Assembly (NCBI GenBank): GCA_946965045.2
Contig: OX337228.1
Coordinates: 6,758,001 to 6,822,000 of the forward strand
Direction of reading: 5' to 3'
Origin: Epithemia pelagica
Taxonomy: Eukaryota > Protista > Bacillariophyta
Length of the DNA stretch: 64,000 bases
A program made the position numbers and the translations under genes. Shown here in pieces: positions 39,498 through 50,745 of this stretch. The notes under the pieces were generated by a model. It did not search any database, was not told the origin of the DNA, and saw only the letters and a list, made by a program, of their open reading frames with translations. Position 1 is the stretch's first letter; each line of letters starts with the position of its first letter.

Positions 39498-39897
39498 ATG
39501 ATTGGAGCTGCTTCAAAGATTGTGGTCAAATCTCGATCAACGATGATGGTTCAGCAACGCCGAACCTTTTTGGACTGGATGACCAACTATCCTGACCGAG
39601 TACGTTTGAACTGTTGCGATTTGGATGTTGTCAATGTCAATCTTTACTTTCTCTCACGTTTCATTCATTAATTGTCTTGGTTCTGTGGTCACTACGCTGT
39701 GGGGACTGGAAATTAATGTACAGATTGTCGAACTCAAAAAACAGCATCAAGCGGGTGGCCGTAAAGTCTATACATGGATGAAGCAACCACAAGACAAGTA
39801 CACACACGCAATTGGCCTTGGCCTCGTCGGACTAGCTGTTGTCCAGTTGATTCCTGGGCTTTACCGACTTGCCACTGGAAAAGGCAAAAAGGAGTAG
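39498..39897 (+). CDS. Small mitochondrial protein, cytochrome c oxidase subunit VIIa-like (exons 39498-39599, 39724-39897)
   Basis: Arg/Ser-rich presequence ending QRRTF; phase-0 GT-AG intron; YTWMKQPQDK, one TM and C-terminal GKGKKE, resembling plant-type COX7a. Confidence 0.7.
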
Positions 39898-40341
39898 ACG
39901 AAAGGACCATCCTTTCTTCGTTGTGTTTGCCATTGACATGGAGTAGTTGAAGAACGGTTTATTATAATGACCAATTTATATCTGCTTGTCGTGTTAAGAA
40001 TTGTTAGTATGTCTTATGTTTGTATCTAGAGGTGATACCAGACTCTGACATGATTTATGTCGCACATGGGTAGGCAGATTATCAAACAACATACTGTGTT
40101 GCAACGAAAAGGAACTCACACTGTGCAAGAAACCCAACAATCGTAAGAAAGACATGTAACCAAATCACGATAAGATTGAAATCGCCCACTTAGGCATGTG
40201 CGTCAAACCTTGACCGAAGCCTTTTGCATCCATGAAACGGAAGATGATTTTTTCAGGGTCACAGCCGATCATGACAAGGTTAATTTACATGTGTAACAAA
40301 TACTGGCCTGAAAGGTTCTATACTTGAGTATATTATTATTA

Positions 40342-42264
40342 TTAAGAACCAAACGATGCGAAAAAGTCATTCGAGTTGAGTCCTCCCGACGCTGTAGCGG
40401 GCGCTGGCTGCTGGGACAACCAGGAGGGAGCGGCATTGCCCGAAGACGGTGCACTCCGAGGAGCACTGGACGACCCAGCACTGGACAACCCAGCACCACC
40501 CGCCGTTCCAAATTTGGCTGCCATGCGAGCTCGAGCTTCTTCTCGCAATCGTGTTTGCCGTACGACGTATTGTTCGTCGGTTTCACCCGTCAATCGCGCA
40601 ATACCGTTGCGGTCTTCTCCGGGCAAACCGGGGGCTGGAGCGGGCGCTGGCTGCTGGGACAACCAGGAGGGAGCGGCATTGCCCGAAGACGGTGCACTCC
40701 GAGGAGCACTGGACGACCCAGCACTGGACAACCCAGCACCACCCGCCGTTCCAAATTTGGCTGCCATGCGAGCTCGAGCTTCTTCTCGCAATCGTGTTTG
40801 CCGTACGACGTATTGTTCGTCGGTTTCACCCGTCAATCGGGCAATACCGTTGCGGTCTTCTCCGGGCAAGCCGGGGGCTTCCGAAACCACAGTCGGTGGA
40901 GCCGCACTGGGCCTGATGTTGGAAGCACTGCCCATGCTGCTACTGGAGACTCCACTGGAAGCCGACGACGACGACATGCCTTGTCCTCCAAACTTGGCCG
41001 CCATGCGAGCACGAGCTTCATCTCGAAGACGCGTTTGACGCAAGACGTACTGTTCGTCTGTTTCACCCGTCAAACGAACAATTCCATTGCGATCTTCGCC
41101 AGGCAATCCTTGTGCTTCTTTCAAGGACGATGATGGCGCCGCGGCAGAAGTAGGAACCGTTGGTAGGGACGCCGGATTCACAGACGACTTTCGAAAAGAA
41201 TCGGAGCCGACTCCAGAGTAGACACTTTGAGATGGTTTCTGCGAGGCAATTTCACGCTGCAAATCGGCCAAGCCATCCGGTTGGTCAACACCCGAGGAAG
41301 AAACACTACTAGCAACTGTGGAAACTCCAGCCGTGAGACTGCCCCAAAAGCTAGAAGAGGTGGATCGGACGGCATTCATATTGTATTCGGACAGGACGGA
41401 ATTTTTGACACTGTTGGCCACGGATCCGGCCGATGTAATGGCCGAACCCAGTCCAGACACGAGGGAATCCACACCAAAGACCCCAGACGATGACGCAGAA
41501 GCACCATGCGGATTGTAGTTGGGGTCACTCCCTATTCCTTGCATGGACGATCGACTACCAGCACCTACACCACCCATGCCGGATCCTCCAAATTTGGCTG
41601 CCATTCGTGCTCGTGCTTCGTCCCGCAATCTAGTTTGTCGGGCAATGTACTGTTGATCCGATTCACCTGGCAACCGTTCCATCCCATTGGCATCCCCTCC
41701 ACCTCCACTACTACTACTGGGTCGTGCCTTGGGGGTCGTTTTGGGCAACTCGGTCGGTTCTGGTTTGCCTTCGACGCGCGCCTTTAATCTGAGTTTGTAA
41801 AGTTGCGCCACATCGGCTTCGTATTTTTGCTTAATGGGAGTTCGTTTGTTAATGCCATTTTGCTCCAAGTAGCTATTGAGCTTGTCATTTCCACCATTTT
41901 TCATCATGGCCAACTGCTGATCGGTCCACGAGTCCATGGCAATCGATCGAACAAACGAAATGTGAACTCCCAATGATCTAGAGAATAGTACCAACATTGT
42001 GAAGTGTAATAGACACACATAAGACAAGCATTTCTCGTTTGTGAGTTTTGATCGCCCACTGCCAAAGGACAATGACATGCAGAACAAAAGAGACACCACA
42101 CATGACGTTTTGTCTTACCGATGAACACCACTGCATTCCAAACAAAAAACATTGCCAAAAGGGACTGAGGCCCATTGAGGATTCTTCACTCCACAGTCGC
42201 AACACATCGCATTGCCTGGCAAGGCCTTGACAATCGCCTGGTCGGCGGGGGACATTTGCACCAT
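40342..42264 (-). CDS. ArfGAP (ArfGAP1/Gcs1-like) with four copies of a ~31-aa helical motif (exons 42264-42119, 41977-40342)
   Basis: CCDCGVKNPQWASVPFGNVFCLECSGVHR/SLGVHISFVRSIAMDSW zinc finger rebuilt across intron 41978-42118. Confidence 0.92.
40396..40879 (-). repeat. 243-bp near-perfect tandem duplication inside the ArfGAP CDS
   Basis: Copies start at 40396 and 40639; I see only two substitutions between them. Confidence 0.9.
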
Positions 42265-42575
42265 GATGACACCACAAACGTTGGTCGTGCTGCTCAGGCA
42301 CACAACAATCCAACAAAACGTCCACCAGGCTGGTCAAGTCCTCCACAAAAACAAGAGTATTTGCAAGGAACGGGTGCAATGGGATTGGCACCAACCTCTC
42401 CTCACCACGCTTGCTGTTCCTTCCAACCTTCCAGAGTTTGGCGAGGGCGTGTTAATTGAAGAAAAGATGACCACAAAAATGTGATGATTTGGAAAAATGA
42501 CCGACGGAAATTCGAGCGCGTAAGAAAGAAACCAAGGATACTACTCGGACTAAACTCAGCGCAGGGCGTCTCCGA

Positions 42576-42662
42576 CTCGTGATAGCTCAGTTGGTAGAGC
42601 GGTGGACTGTAGAGACATCAGCAACCATCCATCGGTCACTGGTTCGATTCCGGTTCGCGAGA
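42576..42662 (+). tRNA. tRNA-Tyr(GTA) with 14-nt intron (42613-42626)
   Basis: Acceptor stem CTCGTGA/TCGCGAG, D arm GCTCAGTTGGTAGAGC, anticodon arm GTGGA-CTGTAG...A-TCCAT, T arm GGTTCGATTCC. Confidence 0.95.
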
Positions 42663-42748
42663 CGTTTTGTCCAATTATCATTTTGCGTGGAATGACGTGT
42701 ACTTTTTTCTCACTGTAAATCTAGATTTGCCACCGAAGTCAAAAGACA

Positions 42749-43987
42749 ATGAGCGTCATGTCAACCCAATTGCTGGTGCCGCTGCTACTATTATTGCAGA
42801 TTACAGCTGCACTGTCCTTGCTTTCCTTTGGAGCGGACTGGAAGCAAGCCACCAGTAGTAAGAATCTAGTGGTTGGCCGTGTTCCCTTGTTGAATGGAGG
42901 CAATCTTTCCAGTATTAGTGAATTAGGATGTGGTACATGGAGTTGGGGCAATCGGCTCTTGTTTGATTACAGCCCCGATCAAGATGAGGAGATTTACCAA
43001 GGTTATGTCACATTGCGTCGAGGTGGAGTCACCATTTTCGATACAGCCGATAGTTATGGAACTTTGGATCTTAATGGTCGCGCCGAATTACTGTTGGGAC
43101 GCTTTGAACGACGCTATCAACAAGAACTTGAGCTCGAAGCAATGGACAACAACGACCAAGGCAAAGCCCCATCGTGGTTACCAACGGGATTCCCTCAATT
43201 CTTGGGACAGCAGCAATCATCGACAACGCTCACGTCAACGGAGCAACAACAACAAGTCGCTACCAAGTTTGCCCCGTACCCTTGGCGAATTACACGACAA
43301 AGCATTGTTCAGGCCGCGAAGGCATCCTTACAGCGTCTGGAACAACCGCAATTGGCGATTGCTCAAGCCCATTGGTCGACATCCAACTATCAACCACTCC
43401 AAGAGGGAGCAGTTTGGGACGGCCTGGCCGATTGTTACGACTTGGGTCTGGCCCAAGCCGTGGGAGTCAGCAACTACGGTCCTCAACAATTGCTCAAGGT
43501 ATCGAAACGAATGCAAGAACGAAAGGTTCCTCTTGCCACTGCGCAAATTCAATATAGCCTCATGACCTATCAAGTGGCCACTCAAATGAATACAGCCTGT
43601 GACGAAAGCGATTGTCGATTGATTGCCTATTCTCCCCTTTGTTTGGGGTTGTTGACGGGAAAGTACAATGTCGACTGTTTGCCCAAATCAGGACCCCGCC
43701 GGACGCTGTTTCGAGAACTCTTGGCACCTTCCAGTGGCACACAAACGCTGTTGAATACTCTAGAGGCTGTGGCGTTGGACTATGACAAGACCATGCCTCA
43801 AGTCGCCATTAATTGGGCCCTGTGCAAGGGAACAGTCCCCATTCCAGGCTGTCGTACCATTCAACAAGCCACCGAAAACTTGGGTGCCACGGGGTGGAGA
43901 CTCCGACCTGACGCGGTCGAGGAACTGGACCGAGTGGCCGCGGCCGTCAAGAAACCCATGATTCAAAATGTCTTTCAAACAAGATAG
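42749..43987 (+). CDS. Aldo/keto reductase (pyridoxal reductase-like), N-terminal signal peptide
   Basis: LGCGTWSWG, FDTADSYG, VATKF, AVGVSNYG, QIQYSL, IAYSPLCLGLLTGKY, PIPG. Confidence 0.9.
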   Translation: MSVMSTQLLVPLLLLLQITAALSLLSFGADWKQATSSKNLVVGRVPLLNGGNLSSISELGCGTWSWGNRLLFDYSPDQDEEIYQGYVTLRRGGVTIFDTADSYGTLDLNGRAELLLGRFERRYQQELELEAMDNNDQGKAPSWLPTGFPQFLGQQQSSTTLTSTEQQQQVATKFAPYPWRITRQSIVQAAKASLQRLEQPQLAIAQAHWSTSNYQPLQEGAVWDGLADCYDLGLAQAVGVSNYGPQQLLKVSKRMQERKVPLATAQIQYSLMTYQVATQMNTACDESDCRLIAYSPLCLGLLTGKYNVDCLPKSGPRRTLFRELLAPSSGTQTLLNTLEAVALDYDKTMPQVAINWALCKGTVPIPGCRTIQQATENLGATGWRLRPDAVEELDRVAAAVKKPMIQNVFQTR

Positions 43988-44166
43988 TATTGTAGTTCTC
44001 GTACTTGGATTCAAGACGTCTTTCATCCTCGTCCTAACAAGCAGTAGCTACCGTACCAAACCAAGTTTCTCTATCCATGCTTTATTTGTCGAGGAGTAGC
44101 TAGTTGCTTGTAATAATATGGTCAGTCGTCGTATCTTGCAAGTGTATTGGAACGACAAAGATATAT

Positions 44167-45412
44167 CTACTTTTGCTTACGGTCCAGAGCCATCATGGCC
44201 ATCAAACGTTCCACCAAGGGAGGATGAGAGTAATGGTAGGCCGAATACCATGGATCAGGACACATGGCACCCAAGTTTTCCAAATGAATTTTGCACAAAC
44301 CAGATTGCAACATTTGGGAGTATCCCAGCTCGACCGAAAACTTGTCTGCGGCAAATTCATTGTATCGGGAAAAGACGGTCAACACAAAGGACAAGATTTT
44401 ATCCACGGGGGCCCAAAGTGTTTGAAAAAAGAGCAAGAGACAAATAATGGTGGGAGTAAACTTGGTAAAGCCAAAGGCTGCGTACAAATCATCTGCACCA
44501 AAGGTGAGGGAGAAGAAGTAAAAGGCGGCACCCGAGTAGACTTGCGTTACCCAAAAATTGGAAATGGTGTGGCCCAACTTCCAGTGTCCCAGTTCATGAC
44601 CCAGAATGGCGAGAATTTCGTCTTCCTTGACTTGCGTTAGGAGAGTATCAAACAAGACAATCCGACGGTTGTTACCAAAGCCAAACATAAAGGCATTGGA
44701 ATGCGACGATCGCTTGGATCCGTCCATGACAAACAACTTGGTCAATGGGTACTTGAGCTTGCCTGCCAATTCAAAGATTCGCGTTTTCAATTGACCTTCC
44801 GGCAATGGTTCATACTTGTTAAAGAGGGGCATGATAAAGACAGGAACAATCGTCATCATGAACAAGGAGAAGCAAAACATAAAGGCCCAGACATAAAGAT
44901 AAAAGTACTCTCCGCCCGCTTTGATAATGTAGAGAAGCAAGGCCGTGAATGGACCACCAATCACAAACGTGAGAGCTAGCGACTTGATCTTGTCCGAAAT
45001 GAATAAGCCAATGGTCTGTTTGTTGAATCCATGTTTTCGCTCAATTTGAAAGGTGGAGAAGAGTTCAAAGGGGAGCGATGTAACGGTGGACACGAGTGTC
45101 GCAATGGCCAAAAAGATGAGTGAAATCTTGATTTCGTGTTCTTCTTGTGGCGCCCAACCAAAGTATTGATCTCCCCACGATGCCGCTAGATCCCATGTGT
45201 AGGGCATGAATCCCAGAAACAAAAAGGTCACAGACTCGAGGGTATCGTACGTACTGGCAATCATGCCAAAATTGATCTTGTCCAGACCGTAGGCTTGAGA
45301 ATGAGTAAATTTTTCCTCCAACTGAGGCAACAGGGGCTTGGTCGAATCGATTTCTTCCTTCGTTTCGCCATTGTCCTTGGTTTTGGATTCTGTCGTTTCT
45401 TTTTCTTGTTGC

Positions 45413-45446
<34 letters not shown>

Positions 45447-45720
45447 GCTTCTTTTGTTGATTGGCCCGTTGTGCCAATTCTTGATCAATCGCCCCGACGG
45501 TCGAGGCCAATTCTTTGGGAAAGTTGGTTTTCTTGTAGGCTCCCTTTTGCCGATCGTCCAAAATCCCTTCCAAACTGTACACGGCCACGGTAAAGAGGAC
45601 GGTCAAGGCAAAGGACCATACATAAAAGGGGCTGCTTCGTTCCAATTCCGTCTCCTCTTGTTGACTGTACAAGGGCTTCCACGGCAAGTTCAGCATTTCG
45701 GCCAATTCCGTACTTTCCAT
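44167..45720 (-). CDS. STE24: CAAX prenyl protease 1 (Ste24/ZMPSTE24, peptidase M48)
   Basis: DGSKRSSHSNA, RIVLFDTL, HELGH (HExxH), EFAAD, YSHPPLVERL; multiple TM segments. Confidence 0.95.
45406..45447 (-). repeat. (CAA)n microsatellite encoding a 14-residue poly-Q tract in STE24
   Basis: Read directly. Confidence 0.85.
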
Positions 45721-46292
45721 CTTGAATGGATCAGTAATCTCCCTCTACGATGAATATGAATGGCTTGGTGGTGAGATCGTGTAGTGACTATAAAATCCTC
45801 TCGACGAAAAGTGCAATCGTATCGTTGGGTTGCTCTCAAAGAAAATAGGATGGCGACGGAAACTAACAGGCCATATCTTGCGGGCAAGGCCTTGACAGAT
45901 GTGTAGCTTCCACGTGGTATCTTTTGAGAGGAGCATCAGTCCCCCAAGACTGAGCGCAGGTCTTCCCGTGGGTGCATGCGTGATAAGGTCATTAAATGAA
46001 ATTGGCATGCGCGAAGCGCCTGTCGTCCTTCCATATGCAGTAATCATCGCTCACGAATTTCGGATCTTCTGGCGATGGTCCTGTCCTTGCCGGCGAATAT
46101 GGAGAGGATCGAAATGTCTTGCGGCTGGAGGGAGAATCTCCAACCTATATTTGAGAAGTCTCGCTGGTCCAGACTGAGGACAAAATACCTACAATAATTC
46201 CAGGAACCAACGATCGCTCCCCACAAAAAAAGAGCGAGATTCTCGTTTGCAAGGTCGGTCCATAGTTTGTCTTGGTCTCTTTCCGGTCTACC

Positions 46293-47948
46293 ATGAAATC
46301 TTCCAGATCAGGACGGTTCGAACACTATAACAACGATGACGACGACGATAATATTTGGGCAAACAACGCCCAATGTGGCATGACGGAGGGTCAGGCCCGT
46401 TTGCTTGCGAACATGACGGAGGGTCAGGCCAGTTTGATTGCTCGATGGAACGAAATCGCCACTGTGGCGATTGGCAATCGTCCCGATGACGACAATCGAG
46501 ATGCCCAAGAACAACCTTTATCTAATGTGATTGGAGAAGGATGCGTCGGTCCTGCTCCCTATCCTCATCATCATCATCATCGACAACGACGTGGCAGTGA
46601 AAGTGGTTCTCCCCGGTCCCAACAACAACAACAACAACCACAAGGCCGAGACCAGCAACAACAGCTGGCCTCGGGTCGGACAGCCGCCGAAGCCATGAAA
46701 GCACTCCAGGCCATGGCACAAAAACATGAAGAATACAAGGGACAAATATCCCATTTAAAACAGCAACTCTCCCTGGTACTGGGAAAATCCAGAACCAACG
46801 AACGATCGGTCAATCACGACGAGCTGGTCAAGAAACAGAAAGAAGCACAAGACTTGATCCACTCCCTCAAGGAAGAAGTGACCGCCGCACAGAATAAGGC
46901 CCAAATGACGGAAGAAAAGTTCTCGGCCATGCATGAAAAAATGAAGGTCATTTCCACGAAACATAAAGAGTATGTGGAGGAAATAGCCACACTCAAACAA
47001 AAGCTCACGTCTGCCCAAGACGAAAAGGACAAGTCAAAAGAAGAAAGCCTGGACATGGTCAACAACTTTGACTTTATCGCCAAAAAGAATGAAAAGTACC
47101 GGGATCAAATAATCACTCTCAAAAAGCAACTATCCCAAGCGCAAGAAGAAGCCAGCAGCGCCAAGGAAAACGCCACTGCCATGCAAGAACGATTGCAGGA
47201 AGTTCACCAAACCATGGCTTCGGAACGGACTCAGACGGAGCAAATTTCGCAAAACCAAGAGGAGGCCCAAGAACAAGTGTCGGGTCTTCAAGATCAGTTG
47301 GCTGCCGCGCATGCCAAGGCGAAAAAGGATGAAGACAAAATCTTGAAACTGTACAAAAAGCTCCAGGAAGTCAAAAAGTCCCAACATCACGAAAAGGAAC
47401 GTGTGGAGAAACACAAGGACACAATCAACTCGTTGCGTCGTCAGTTGGAGACAATCCATGAAGAATACAAGGTCGAGATTGACAAACTCCGGGTCAAGGA
47501 AAAGGTACGTGGAAGCCACTACTTTCGCACACTCTGTTTGAATGCCCTTTTGTTGGGCTTTGTCTTTTGCATGTGCACGGTCCTTCCGGCATGGTTGGGC
47601 ATGACCCTGTATGGACCAGAACAGTCCATGTATTTGGCTGCCATGGGTGCAACCAACATTGTCGTGGCAAGTCTCATGTCCATCAAGCTCAAGCGACAAG
47701 TCAAATTCAAGAGACAGCCACAAACTCAAATCCTGTCGACATCGACGATGACGACCACGGCATCCCCCCACCAATCAATGACGCAACAACATGCTCATCA
47801 TCATCACCATTCGTCCCACACAATCACTGATACTACTACAGAAAAGATACAGCTCCAACAACGTCCAACCACGGACATGAAGAATATCCAGTTTGCTCCT
47901 CCAGTTTTCACTAATACAACTGGAGATTCGAACATGGTGGATCATTAA
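46293..47948 (+). CDS. Long coiled-coil protein with two C-terminal hydrophobic segments, function unknown
   Basis: Single ORF; heptad E/K/Q region ~aa 130-400; hydrophobic LCLNALLLGFVFCMCTVL and LAAMGATNIVVASLMSI; 33-bp direct repeat near 46380. Confidence 0.75.
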   Translation: MKSSRSGRFEHYNNDDDDDNIWANNAQCGMTEGQARLLANMTEGQASLIARWNEIATVAIGNRPDDDNRDAQEQPLSNVIGEGCVGPAPYPHHHHHRQRRGSESGSPRSQQQQQQPQGRDQQQQLASGRTAAEAMKALQAMAQKHEEYKGQISHLKQQLSLVLGKSRTNERSVNHDELVKKQKEAQDLIHSLKEEVTAAQNKAQMTEEKFSAMHEKMKVISTKHKEYVEEIATLKQKLTSAQDEKDKSKEESLDMVNNFDFIAKKNEKYRDQIITLKKQLSQAQEEASSAKENATAMQERLQEVHQTMASERTQTEQISQNQEEAQEQVSGLQDQLAAAHAKAKKDEDKILKLYKKLQEVKKSQHHEKERVEKHKDTINSLRRQLETIHEEYKVEIDKLRVKEKVRGSHYFRTLCLNALLLGFVFCMCTVLPAWLGMTLYGPEQSMYLAAMGATNIVVASLMSIKLKRQVKFKRQPQTQILSTSTMTTTASPHQSMTQQHAHHHHHSSHTITDTTTEKIQLQQRPTTDMKNIQFAPPVFTNTTGDSNMVDH

Positions 47949-48382
47949 AAATCCGAATGACGGGCAAACGTGTTGATATCACACGGACATGATGAATCAT
48001 CCGGTGTGACGATACGATAAAGTCGATTCTTTTGTAGTTTCTGGAACACAATTCTTCCCATGTATGCCCTCCTCTTCTCTCTTTTCAATGATCCCGTGAT
48101 TCTAGTACTATCGATACTCAATGGACCTCAAGAACAAATACAATGATATAGAAGCTCATGAAAAGAAGAGCACTAATTTTTGTAAGGTTCCAAACAAACA
48201 TATGAGTGATCACACCGTCGCGTAGTTCCAATGATGATGATTAGTTTATCCGTTTGACAACGGCATGGTCTAGATGAAACCTCGTTTTTAACCTTTTGTG
48301 TCTGCGTTTCGTTGTTCTCCGAGCGTCCGTCTCTATAAAAAGGAGTAATTTCCTTTCCTCTCCACATCTCTCTTGTTTTTTT

Positions 48383-50745
48383 TTACTTTTGATGCAACTT
48401 ATCAAACTTGGCAATGAGAACGTCCACAATGGAGGGATCCGCCAATGTGCTGGTATCCCCCAAGGATTCGACTTCGTGATTGACAATTTTGCGCAAGATG
48501 CGTCGCATGATTTTGCCCGATCGCGTCATGGGGAGCGAGGGTGCGACAACAATCATGTCGGGCGCGGCAAAGCCTCCAATTTCTTGTCGAACAATGGATT
48601 TTAAATCCTTGAGCAATTCGGGCGATTCTTCGTGGCCATCCACCAACATGCAAAAGGCGGCAATGGCTTGTCCTTTAATTTCATGGGCATAGCCCACCAC
48701 GGCGGCTTGGGCGACGGCGGAATGGGCCACCAAGGCACTCTCGACTTCGGCGGTCCCAATGCGATGTCCCGAAACCTGTATCACCCACCAGAATGGCGCG
48801 TGCAAGACAGAGACACAGATACACAAAAGGTGAGAACTCGAACAATAGACCCAAATACACACACACAACCACTGTTCCCCATCCTTCTCGCGGGAGACAC
48901 GACACGACACGTACATTGACGACATCGTCGACGCGCCCAATGATCCAATAGTATCCGTCCTTATCCTGCACGACGGAATCACCGGTAAAGTAGTGTCCCT
49001 TGTAGACGGTCAAGTAGGTTTTCATGTACCGCCCATGATCGCCCAAACAGGTGCGGGCCATGCCCGGCCAGGGTTGTTTCATGGCCAAGACACCAGACAA
49101 TTTGCCATGTTCATCGCGTTCCGTCACGGGTTCGCCCGTCAGGGAATCCAACACGACGGGATCAATGCCATAACTGGGCAACGTACAGGATCCCGGTTTC
49201 ATGGGCGTAATGGCCGGCAGGTTGGTAATGACATGACCGCCCGTTTCGGTTTGCCAATACGTGTCCACGACGGTACATTTTTCCTTGCCCACGACCTCGT
49301 AGTAAAATCGCCAGGCCTCGGGATTAATGGGTTCTCCCACGGTTCCCAAGACACGGACGGTCTGGGACACGTCGTATTGTTTCGGAATCTCTTCGCCAAA
49401 TCGCATGAGCAATCGAATGGCGGTGGGAGCCGTATAGAATTGGGTAATCTTGTGACGTTGAATCATATCCCAATAGCGACCGGCATTGGGATAGACCGGT
49501 GTGGATTCAAACATGAAGGTCGTGGTCCCATTCAAGAGCGGACCGTACACAACGTAGGAATGTCCGGTAATCCATCCACAATCGGCCACACAGGCAAACA
49601 AATCGCCATCTTGCAAGGCAAAAGAATTTTGGGTCGTAAAGGCCGCATAGAGAGCATAGCCACCCGTTGTATGCACCAGGCCCTTGGGTTTGCCCGTACT
49701 GCCGCTGGTATACAGAATAAAGAGATTGTCTGTAAGGTACCAGCAATTTCATTCCAGCAACCATGTTGGTGTCAGAATAGCGTCCCAGAGAGCAAAGGAC
49801 AAGCATTGAAAAAACACAACCACAACACACGTGAGATACATACATATATATACAGACAGACATGTGGATTCCATCTCCACTCTCGCGCTCGCTCACAAAA
49901 GTCCGCACACACGTACCTTCCGCATCCATCCATTCCGGTACACAATAGGGCCGTTGTTTGGCAATGGCGACATCCATGCGCACATCTTTGGGTTTCAGTT
50001 CGTACGTGGCCGATTCGGAATCGGCTTGATAAAAGCGTTCCCAGCAAAAGACTGTCTTCAAACTGTCTTCCACATCGAGTTTGGTCCGGGCCGAATCGAC
50101 AATTTCCTTGAGCGGAATCGTTTTGCCGCCTCGTTTGCCGACATCGGCCGTGACCAAAAAGGCCGATCGGGCCGCCGACATGCGTTGGGCCAAGGCTTCG
50201 GCACTAAAGCCGGCAAAGACGACGGAATGGACGGCCCCAATGCGCGCACAGGCCAACATGGTCATGGCCAATTCGGGGACCATGGGCATGTAAATCGTGA
50301 CCACGTCACCGCGTTTCACACCTTGTTCGATCAGAGCATTGGCAATCTGACAGGTGCGACGCAAGGTTTCTTGATAGGAAAGCTTGCGAATATCGTCGGG
50401 TTCGTCGCCTTCAAAGACAATGGCACACTTGTCGGGATGCACGGCAGCCATGCGATCCAAACAATTGTACGAGACATTGAGTTTGCCCCCGGCAAACCAT
50501 CGAACGTCGCCCGCCTGAAAATCGCCCTGCAAACCAACCGTGGGAGGAACAAACCATTCCAACCGTTTCGTGGCTTGATCCAACCAAAAGGCCGAAGGAT
50601 TCGCAATGCTTTCCGCGTGCAATTCCCGATAGTCCTCCAACGAAGTCGGACCGGTGCCGATGGGGACAAATTCCTTGGCAATTTCGTGCGCCGCCAAGGC
50701 ATGGTCGCTGCTGGGATGACTGTTGTTGTTGGTGTTGGTTGACAT
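48383..50745 (-). CDS. ACS: Acetyl-CoA synthetase (exons 50745-49917, 49729-48915, 48775-48383)
   Basis: [74 protein letters not shown]. Confidence 0.96.

Noticed and set aside
40324-41133. Plus-strand ORFs with duplicated text
   Set aside because: Antisense shadows of the ArfGAP repeat.
48993-50742. Long plus-strand ORFs 48993-50111 and 49831-50742
   Set aside because: Antisense to acetyl-CoA synthetase; no independent motifs.
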